Positions 57,153 through 64,000 of a stretch of DNA of 64,000 nt are shown piece after piece. The stretch lies in assembly GCA_042216925.1 (NCBI GenBank), contig JBDGTJ010000012.1:1424-65423 (forward strand). The letters are read 5' to 3'. Under the pieces are notes generated by a model that was given only the letters and a program-made list of their open reading frames with translations, did not search any database and had not been told where the DNA came from. This stretch comes from Halobacteriaceae archaeon (GTDB taxonomy: Archaea > Halobacteriota > Halobacteria > Halobacteriales > Halobacteriaceae). The position numbers and the translations under genes are program-made. Each line of letters begins with the position of its first letter. Position 1 is the stretch's first letter.

Positions 57153-57872
57153 TCAGTCCTCGGCGAGTCGTTCCCTGCGTCGCCCCCGCACCAGGTCGGC
57201 GAAGTTCGCGAACACGGTCTTCGTCGCAGCCGCCCGGTCGGCGGCCGCAGGTGTGCAATCCTCGAGGACGGCGGCGATCCGGTCCTCGGGGAGGTCCTTG
57301 CGCTTCGTGACCGCCCGCGCCGTCTCGAGGTCGTACTCGGGATGGAACTGTAGCCCCCAGGCACTCCCGTGACGGAACGCCTGGATGCCGACGTCGTTCT
57401 CGGCGAGCAACGTGGCCCCCGGCGGCAGGTCGGTCACGACGTCGGAGTGGGTCTCGAAGACGAGAAACGGGTCCGGCACCCCGTCGAACAGGGGATCGTC
57501 CCCGACCTGGTGGACCTCGCGGTACCCGAGTTCGTAGTCCTCCATAGCTGCGACGGTGCCACCGACCGCGTCGGCGAGGACCTGGTGGCCATAACAGACG
57601 CCCAACACGGGGACGTCGGCGGCGACCAACCGGGCGACGCGGTCTGTCAACGACTCGATCCAGGGGTCGTCCCAGTAGACCGAGGACCGGGAACCGGTGA
57701 CGACGACGGCGTCGTGATCGGCGCCTGTCCGGGGCAACTCCCCGTCGGTCACGTCGTACTCGATTAGGTCACCGGGGAGCTCCCGTCGGAAGTTCCGAGG
57801 GGTGTTCTCGTCGCCGTGACTGGCGTCGAGCAACGCGAAGCGCAACCGACTCATCGCCTCCTGATACTCCAT
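57153..57872 (-). CDS. Class I glutamine amidotransferase-like protein
   Basis: GVCYGHQ is the nucleophile elbow, and FHPE supplies the His-Glu of the triad. The protein is 239 aa. The alternative start MSRLRF is at 57854. Confidence 0.85.
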   Translation of the reverse strand: MEYQEAMSRLRFALLDASHGDENTPRNFRRELPGDLIEYDVTDGELPRTGADHDAVVVTGSRSSVYWDDPWIESLTDRVARLVAADVPVLGVCYGHQVLADAVGGTVAAMEDYELGYREVHQVGDDPLFDGVPDPFLVFETHSDVVTDLPPGATLLAENDVGIQAFRHGSAWGLQFHPEYDLETARAVTKRKDLPEDRIAAVLEDCTPAAADRAAATKTVFANFADLVRGRRRERLAED

Positions 57873-57898
57873 CGTTGCGGAAAGCCGTTACGCCACCG

Positions 57899-58690
57899 TC
57901 ATCGGTCGGTGGTGGTGTCGACGATGCCGGCGATCTCGTCGGCGACCAGCGTCGGCGTCGCCACCGGGAGGAGGTGTGGGGCCTCCCGGACGACGTCGAA
58001 CGACCCCCGGGGCAACGCCTCCGCCAACTCCCGGCCGCCACCCGGCGACCACACCGCATCATCGCCGCCGTGGAGGACCCGGACCGGCAACTCGAGGTCG
58101 TACAACGGAGGTGGATCCCAGGCGGTGGCGGCCGCGAGGTAGGCGGCTCTGATCGGTGGCGGGGCATCGTCGGCCGTCCGCCAGGCCCGGACCTGGTCGC
58201 CGTCAAGGGTGTCGAGGACGTCCCCGAGATACGGTTCCAACGAGTCGATTGGGTCGGCTTCACACAGGGTCTCGCGGAGGGCTGGCGTGAACGTCGGGTG
58301 GGCTTCGGTGCCGAGGACGGTCACCGACCGAACCCGGCCGGCGCTGGCGGCGTACTCCACGGCGACCTGGCCACCCAACCCACATCCGGTGACGTGAGCC
58401 CGTCGCGTGCCCTCGGCCGCGAGCACCGCCTCGAGGTCGGCAGCCAGCGCCGGGATCGAGTACCCGTCCTCGGACGGTGCCGGGTCTGACCCGTCACAGC
58501 CCCGGGGCGCGTACGTGAGCACCCGATAGGGGCCAGCCAACGCCTCGGTGACCCACGCCCACATCCACGGCCCCATCCCCGCGTCGGGGACGAAGGCAAC
58601 GACGGGTCCCTCACCCACGGCCCCGTACTCGAGGTCGACCCCGTCTCGGGTGATGGTCGGCATCGCCGACCCTGACCGGGACAGGACCAT
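57899..58690 (-). CDS. Alpha/beta hydrolase
   Basis: The nucleophile elbow is GCGLGG, with Cys at the nucleophile position. The C-terminal region contains a His (EAPHLLP). The likely start MPTITRDG is at 58663. Confidence 0.75.
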   Translation of the reverse strand: MVLSRSGSAMPTITRDGVDLEYGAVGEGPVVAFVPDAGMGPWMWAWVTEALAGPYRVLTYAPRGCDGSDPAPSEDGYSIPALAADLEAVLAAEGTRRAHVTGCGLGGQVAVEYAASAGRVRSVTVLGTEAHPTFTPALRETLCEADPIDSLEPYLGDVLDTLDGDQVRAWRTADDAPPPIRAAYLAAATAWDPPPLYDLELPVRVLHGGDDAVWSPGGGRELAEALPRGSFDVVREAPHLLPVATPTLVADEIAGIVDTTTDR

Positions 58691-58725
58691 AGGCTTATCG
58701 GCACCTCGCCGCCAACCCCGGGCCG

Positions 58726-59889
58726 ATGCGGGCCATCAAGGACAGCGTCCATGACTACATCGAGCTCCGTGGCGTGGCCGCCGCGTTGTTAGACACCCGC
58801 CCAGTCCAGCGGTTACGACACATCAAACAGCTGTCCACCGTCCGGTTGGTCTACCCCGCAGCGAACCACACGCGGTTCGAACACTCCCTCGGCGTCTACC
58901 ACCTCGCCGACCGCGCCATCGACCGGTTGACCGTCCCGACCGCGGACGCCACGGCGGTACGGGCCGCGGCATTGCTTCACGACGTCGGCCACGGCCCGTA
59001 TGGCCACCAGACCGAACCCGTGATCCGTCGACGACTCGACCGCCACCACGACGACGTCACCGGCATTATCGACACCGGCCCCGTGGCCGACGTCCTCACC
59101 GACCACGGACTCGACCCCGACGATGTGGCGGCCATCGTCGCCGGCGAGGGCACACTCGGGCAGCTCATCGCCGGCGACCTCGACGTCGACCGCATGGACT
59201 ACCTCGTCCGGGATGCCCACCACACCGGCGTTCCCTATGGCACCATCGACCACGGGCGGGTCATCAGGGCACTCCGGTTCATCGATGGCGACCTCGCCCT
59301 CGCGGAGGGCAACGTCGCCACCGCCGAGAGCGTCCTCGTCGCCCGCGCCCTGATGAACGCCACCGTCTACCGTCACCACGTCTCCCGGATCGCCGGCACC
59401 ATGCTCGAACGCGGCGTCGAACGCCTTCTCGACGCCGGCGCCGTCGCCGAGACCACCTTCGCCCGGATGACCGACGCCGAACTCCTCGGGGCGTTACACC
59501 GGTGTGAGGAGACGGCACCACTGGCCACGCGCCTCGTCGAGCGAGACCTCTACAAACGCGGGATCTGGGTCGGGATCGATGCGGTACCCGACAGCGTCGT
59601 CGGTGCCGACCACGGGACCGTCCGCGGCCTCGAACGGGAGATCGCCGACGTCGCCGACCTCCCCGCATCTGCGGTGTTCCTCGACGTCCCCGACGAGCCA
59701 TCGATGCCCGAGACCTCGACGCGGGTCGTCGTCGACAGCGAACCGCGGCGCCTCCACGAACGGTCCCCGCTGGTCGAGGGGTTACAGGCCGCCCAACGCG
59801 TCCAGTGGCGGCTCGGGGTCTACACGCCAGCCGAACACGTCGACGCGGTCGAACCCGCCGCCAGAACCGTCCTCGATCTCCAGGACTAG
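58726..59889 (+). CDS. HD domain phosphohydrolase (dGTPase/SAMHD1-like archaeal type)
   Basis: The motifs are TRFEHSLGV, LLHDVGHGPYGH and DRMDYLVRD. The protein is 387 aa. Confidence 0.88.
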   Translation: MRAIKDSVHDYIELRGVAAALLDTRPVQRLRHIKQLSTVRLVYPAANHTRFEHSLGVYHLADRAIDRLTVPTADATAVRAAALLHDVGHGPYGHQTEPVIRRRLDRHHDDVTGIIDTGPVADVLTDHGLDPDDVAAIVAGEGTLGQLIAGDLDVDRMDYLVRDAHHTGVPYGTIDHGRVIRALRFIDGDLALAEGNVATAESVLVARALMNATVYRHHVSRIAGTMLERGVERLLDAGAVAETTFARMTDAELLGALHRCEETAPLATRLVERDLYKRGIWVGIDAVPDSVVGADHGTVRGLEREIADVADLPASAVFLDVPDEPSMPETSTRVVVDSEPRRLHERSPLVEGLQAAQRVQWRLGVYTPAEHVDAVEPAARTVLDLQD

Positions 59890-60095
59890 ACCCCGCCTTT
59901 CTCGGTCCGACTCTCCGCGGCCGCCCGCATCGACGGCCAGGACTCGAACTGCGTCCGGGCCGTGATCACCTCGTCGAACTCGCCCCTGAGGCGGCCCGGG
60001 TCGTCGGCGGGGGTGTCCGGGGCGAGTCCACCCGCGGAGAGGAATTCTTCGACCGATTCGAACTCCGTGACCGACGCGACGAACGAGTCGTCCAA
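59886..60095 (-). CDS. Possible 69-aa acidic protein downstream of alaS (TTG start, uncertain)
   Basis: The C-terminal part of ORF 59886..60575 reads ...LDDSFVASVTEFESVEEFLSAGGLAPDTPADDPGRLRGEFDEVITARTQFESWPSMRAAAESRTEKGGV. It is acidic, with two TxFES repeats. There is no in-frame ATG, and the only in-frame GTG lies so far downstream that it would leave just the last 27 codons. The closest candidate start is TTG (60093-60095). Confidence 0.35.
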   Translation of the reverse strand: MDDSFVASVTEFESVEEFLSAGGLAPDTPADDPGRLRGEFDEVITARTQFESWPSMRAAAESRTEKGGV

Positions 60096-60169
60096 CAGGT
60101 CCCGAGGGTCGTCGAGTCGCTCATGGCGGCCAGGGCTAGTGGCCTCAACAGGAAGTATGCTGTGACGGG

Positions 60170-62932
60170 TCAGGCGTCGGCGACCTGGTTGAGGATGTCG
60201 GGCGCGGCCGCCAACGCGTCGTCGAGGGACTCGGCGTCGGGCCCACCACCCTGGGCGAAATCCGGTGGGCCGCCGCCACCGCCCCCGACCATGTCGGCGA
60301 GGCGGCTGACGACCTCCCCCGCATTGACCCCGACTCCGTCCGGGACGGCGACGACGAACTGGGCGCCGTCCTGTCCCGATCCCAGGACCGCGATCTGGCC
60401 CTCGGCGGCGATGGCATTGGCCGTCGCCCGCAACTCGTCCATGTCCCCGTCGAGGCGCCGGATCACCGCGGTCACGTCCCCCACGGTGACCTCTTCGCCG
60501 GCCTCCGGACTGCTGGCACGGGCCGCGGCGAGTTCCTCCGTGAGCTCGTCGATCGTCTTGCCCCGCTCTTTCCACTCCCTGAAGAACCGCTCGGCGGTCT
60601 CGGGCACCGCCTCCGGCGAGACGTCGAACGTCTCCGCGGCCGCGTGTAACGCCGCCTCCATCTGCTGGATCTGCTCGATGGCGGCCTGCCCGGCGGCGAA
60701 GGTGACGCGTTCGACCCCGTCCTGGACCCGTTCGGTCGAGAGGAGCTTGATCACGCCGATCTCACCGGTTGAGTGGACGTGGGTGCCGGCACACGCCTGG
60801 ACGTCCTCGTCGACGTGGATGAGTCGGATGTTCTCCCCCGTGGGGATCCCGCCCTGGTAGAGGTCGAACCCGTACTCCTCCTCGGCCTCGTGTCGCTGGG
60901 GCCACTCTCGCTGGACGACGGTGTTGTCCGTGACGATGCGGTTGGCGACCCGTTCGATCTGGCGGCGGGTGTCGGCGTCGATTCGTTCGTAGTGCTGGAG
61001 GTCGATCCGGGAGGAGTCCGTGCCCTTCTGGGCGCCGGCCTGGCGGACGTGATCGCCCAGCACCTCCCGGGCGGCGTGGATGACCACGTGGGTGGCGGTG
61101 TGATGGCGCATCAACCGTTGGCGGCGTTCGCCGTCGATCTGGCCGTTGACGAACTCGCCTTTCCCCGGGTCCTCGTCGGTGCGGTGGAGGATCACCCCGC
61201 CTTTTGACTGGACGTCGGTGACCTCGACGGTGACGTCGTCGGTCGACAACGTCCCGTGGTCCGGTGGTTGCCCCCCGCCTTCGGGGTAGAACATTGTCTG
61301 GTCGAGGACGACGTCGTACCCGTCCTCCCGGTCGAAGACGTCGATGACGACCGCCTCGAACTGGGTGCGGTACTGGTCCTCGTAGTAGAGGCGGTCGGTC
61401 TCCGGGAGGTCGGCCAGCCGGTCGTCGCTGTCCTCCTCTCGATCGAGCTCCCCGCCCGTGTCGTGGCGGGCGGCGACCAACCCGTAGAAGTCATCCGGGA
61501 TGTCGACCTCCGCGCCGACGTCGGCCGCGATCTCCGCGACCATGTCCGGCGGAATCCCGTGGGAGTCGTACAGTTCGACGAGCTCCCCGGTCGGGATCGC
61601 CTCGTCCCGGCGTGCGTACTGGGTCGCGAGCTGCTGGACGCGGCGCCGCCCCCGTTCGAGGGTCTCCCGGTACTTCTCGACCTCCGTCCGGACGATGTCC
61701 CGGATCGTGTCCCGGTTGGTGTACCCCAACCGCTCGGCTTGCATGTCCACGAGCTCGTCGATCGGGGCGTCCACCCCGACGTTGTCCACCAACCGCTTCG
61801 TGCGGCGGAGCACCATCCGGGCGAGATACCCGGACCCGACGTTCGAGGGGACGATCCCGTCACCGAACATGTACGCCAGCGTCCGGCAATGATCGGCGAT
61901 GGCGTAGATGTCCTCCAGGGGCTCCATCAACGACTGCAACCGCGTCGTGGAGACGTCTAACTCCCGGGCGATGTTGTCCCGGGCGACCGCCATGTCCTCG
62001 GCCTCGTCGATGTCCATATGTCCGGCGAGTTTCGCCGCGCGGTGGACGAGTTCGGCTTCTTCCTCGTCGTGGTCGATCCCGGCGTTGTCCTTGAGGAACG
62101 CGATCATCTCGGGGTACACCGCCTCGTAGACGGTCGGAGTCCCCTTCGAGACCCACGTCCACCGCTCGAGCCCGTACCCCGTGTCGACGATGCGGCGATC
62201 CATCTTCGAGAACCGCTCGCCTTTCAGCTCGTACTCGCCGTCCTCGTCGGCCTCCAGGGACATGAACACCAGCGTCGCCAACTCCACGCCACGATAGATC
62301 ACCTCGAAGGCCGGACCCGCGTTCCCCCCGCCGACCCACGGCCCCTCGATGAACACCAGCTCCTCCGGGTCGACCCCGAAGGACGCGAAGAACTCGACAC
62401 AGTACTCGACGGTCTCCTCCTTCCAGTACACCTCGCCCTCGTAGGCGTAGTCGGTGCCCTCGTCGGCGTTGAACGCGTGGTGGCCCATCATCTCGAAGGC
62501 CATGGTGTGTCGGCCCGTCTTCCCGACGTTGTCGATGTCGTTCATCCGGATGCAGGGCTGGGACACCACGAGTGGGTTCGCCGGCGGCGGACTCCGCCCG
62601 CTGGTCACGTGGGGTTGGAAGTCGTAGATCGACGCCTGCGTGAGCAACACGTCGTCCCGCCACCGGTTGGCGGCCACCGGGTACGGGTCGACCCGCCCGT
62701 GGCCGTGCTCCTCGAAAAACGAGAGGTACTCCTCGCGCATCTCGGCGAGATCGTAGGCCTCGTCGAGACTCGGGTTGTCGATGAACCCGTAATCCTCACA
62801 CGGTGGCTCCCCACACGTCCTCCGATCGTCGTCCAACGTCCAGAACTGATCACCACACTCCGTACACTCCCGCCGCATCCACCCCTCCTCGTCGAAGTAG
62901 TCGAGGCGGTACTCCGCCGCGAGGTCGCTCAT
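60170..62932 (-). CDS. alaS: Alanine--tRNA ligase
   Basis: Internal ATG ([31 protein letters not shown]...), which is the archaeal AlaRS N-terminus. The editing-domain motif HTATHV and the C-terminal DHHA1-like domain are present. The protein is 920 aa. Confidence 0.96.
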   Translation of the reverse strand: MSDLAAEYRLDYFDEEGWMRRECTECGDQFWTLDDDRRTCGEPPCEDYGFIDNPSLDEAYDLAEMREEYLSFFEEHGHGRVDPYPVAANRWRDDVLLTQASIYDFQPHVTSGRSPPPANPLVVSQPCIRMNDIDNVGKTGRHTMAFEMMGHHAFNADEGTDYAYEGEVYWKEETVEYCVEFFASFGVDPEELVFIEGPWVGGGNAGPAFEVIYRGVELATLVFMSLEADEDGEYELKGERFSKMDRRIVDTGYGLERWTWVSKGTPTVYEAVYPEMIAFLKDNAGIDHDEEEAELVHRAAKLAGHMDIDEAEDMAVARDNIARELDVSTTRLQSLMEPLEDIYAIADHCRTLAYMFGDGIVPSNVGSGYLARMVLRRTKRLVDNVGVDAPIDELVDMQAERLGYTNRDTIRDIVRTEVEKYRETLERGRRRVQQLATQYARRDEAIPTGELVELYDSHGIPPDMVAEIAADVGAEVDIPDDFYGLVAARHDTGGELDREEDSDDRLADLPETDRLYYEDQYRTQFEAVVIDVFDREDGYDVVLDQTMFYPEGGGQPPDHGTLSTDDVTVEVTDVQSKGGVILHRTDEDPGKGEFVNGQIDGERRQRLMRHHTATHVVIHAAREVLGDHVRQAGAQKGTDSSRIDLQHYERIDADTRRQIERVANRIVTDNTVVQREWPQRHEAEEEYGFDLYQGGIPTGENIRLIHVDEDVQACAGTHVHSTGEIGVIKLLSTERVQDGVERVTFAAGQAAIEQIQQMEAALHAAAETFDVSPEAVPETAERFFREWKERGKTIDELTEELAAARASSPEAGEEVTVGDVTAVIRRLDGDMDELRATANAIAAEGQIAVLGSGQDGAQFVVAVPDGVGVNAGEVVSRLADMVGGGGGGPPDFAQGGGPDAESLDDALAAAPDILNQVADA

Positions 62933-63081
62933 TGCCGAGTACTGGCCGACGGGCGAGGAAAAGGGTTCCGGGACCCGGCCACGCCGCCCTCCGGGCATTG
63001 GGTCCGACACACGCGGGGACGAAACCGGAATCGTCCACTGGAGCCTCCGCGCTTATCCGAGACGAACACCAGGAGCCACCT

Positions 63082-64000
63082 ATGGGCCGACTCGTCGACG
63101 GCGACTGGCACACCGACGCGGACCTGTCTTCGGACGGCGACGCGTTCGACCGCGAACCGACCACCTTCCGGAACTGGGTCGAATCCACCGAGGACGCCCG
63201 GTTCACACCCGAACCCGGGCGATACCACCTCTATGTCTCCTATGCGTGTCCCTGGGCCCACCGCACCCTCCTGACCAGGGCGTTGCTCGGTCTCGAGGAC
63301 GTGATTTCCGTCGACGTCGTCGACCCCCACCGGGTCGACCAGGGCTGGGAGTTCACGCCCTCGAAACCCAAGTGCAGTGCCGACTCCATCAACGGGTTCG
63401 ACTACCTGCGGGAGGTCTACACCGCCGCCGACTCCACGTACGCGGGTCGGGTGACCGTCCCGGTCCTCTGGGACCGCGAGGCGGCCACGATCGTCAACAA
63501 CGAGTCCGAGGAGATCATCAAGATGCTCGCCACCACCTTCCAGGACCTCGGTGACCGAGCCATCGACCTCTACCCTCCGGCGGACCAGGCGGCCATCGAC
63601 GACGTGATCGACGACATCTACCCGACCATCAACAACGGCGTCTACCGCGCGGGCTTCGCCGGCTCCCAGGACGCCTACGACGACGCGGTCTCGGACCTGT
63701 TCACGGCCCTCGAGACGTACGACGACCGGCTCGCGGACACCCGCTACCTCCTGGGCCCCGACCTCACGCTGGCCGACGTCTGCATGTTCACCACCCTCTA
63801 CCGCTTCGACGAAGTCTATCACACCCACTTCAAATGCAACCGCAACCGCATCACCGACTACCCCAACCTCTGGGGGTACCTCCGAGAACTCTACCAGCTC
63901 CCCGGCGTCGCCGACACCTGTCACATGGACCACATCAAAGCACACTACTACCGCAGCCACCCCGACCTCAACCCCCGCGGGATCGTCCCCGTCGGACCCG
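63082..64000 (+). CDS. Xi-class glutathione transferase / glutathionyl-hydroquinone reductase homolog (partial; runs off the window end)
   Basis: My translation gives MGRLVDGDWHTDADL...GRYHLYVSYACPWAHRTLL...VPVLWD...NNESEEII...INNGVYRAGFA...HFKCN...DYPNLWGYLRELYQ...HIKAHYYRSHPDLNPRGIVPVGP. The CPWA active site and overall pattern match ECM4/YqjG proteins. There is no stop in the window, so it is not in the ORF track. Confidence 0.88.
   Translation, partial: MGRLVDGDWHTDADLSSDGDAFDREPTTFRNWVESTEDARFTPEPGRYHLYVSYACPWAHRTLLTRALLGLEDVISVDVVDPHRVDQGWEFTPSKPKCSADSINGFDYLREVYTAADSTYAGRVTVPVLWDREAATIVNNESEEIIKMLATTFQDLGDRAIDLYPPADQAAIDDVIDDIYPTINNGVYRAGFAGSQDAYDDAVSDLFTALETYDDRLADTRYLLGPDLTLADVCMFTTLYRFDEVYHTHFKCNRNRITDYPNLWGYLRELYQLPGVADTCHMDHIKAHYYRSHPDLNPRGIVPVGP

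Noticed and set aside
1-64000. CRISPR arrays, IS elements or transposases, toxin-antitoxin pairs, restriction-modification or other defence islands, and rRNA genes.
   Set aside because: I saw no regularly spaced direct repeats other than the three ORBs. None of the translated ORFs has transposase, integrase, Cas or nuclease-methylase signatures, and there is no rRNA-like sequence.

Overview
This window is a visibly GC-rich chromosomal segment whose proteins are strongly acidic (Asp/Glu-rich), which points to a haloarchaeon (class Halobacteria). It is centred on a chromosomal replication origin. The conserved oapC-oapB-oapA operon and an orc1/cdc6 gene flank a 705-bp spacer. That spacer carries three 30-nt origin-recognition-box repeats with G-strings and an AT-rich unwinding element.

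The rest is tightly packed core housekeeping:
- DNA repair and recombination: uvrB (partial), uvrC, an XPD/Rad3 helicase and radA.
- The archaeal rpl39e-rpl31e-eif6-pfdA-ftsY cluster, with srp54 nearby.
- psmA, alaS, thrC, a threonine aldolase, and sufS with a SufU-like scaffold.
- Two divergent rhodaneses.
- Transporters: two ABC systems, plus MATE, MFS and CDF transporters.
- A tRNA-Arg(UCU) and many small membrane or zinc-finger proteins. Several of these are under 60 aa and therefore missing from the ORF track.

I found no CRISPR array, IS element or transposase, integrase, toxin-antitoxin pair or recognisable defence island. I cannot point to a clear novel multi-gene system. The points most worth a second look are:
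1. The architecture of the origin.
2. An HPP-family gene interrupted by an in-frame TAG.
3. A 384-bp structured non-coding spacer between the sufU-like gene and a coiled-coil gene.
4. A sensor kinase whose receiver domain lacks all phosphorylation residues.
5. Degenerate MPN, KaiC-like and 2H-phosphoesterase paralogs.
6. Three genes whose conserved N-termini are not reachable from a canonical in-frame start codon.

Many long alternate-frame or antisense ORFs in the track are Arg/Pro/Gly-rich shadow ORFs typical of high-GC DNA, and I rejected them.
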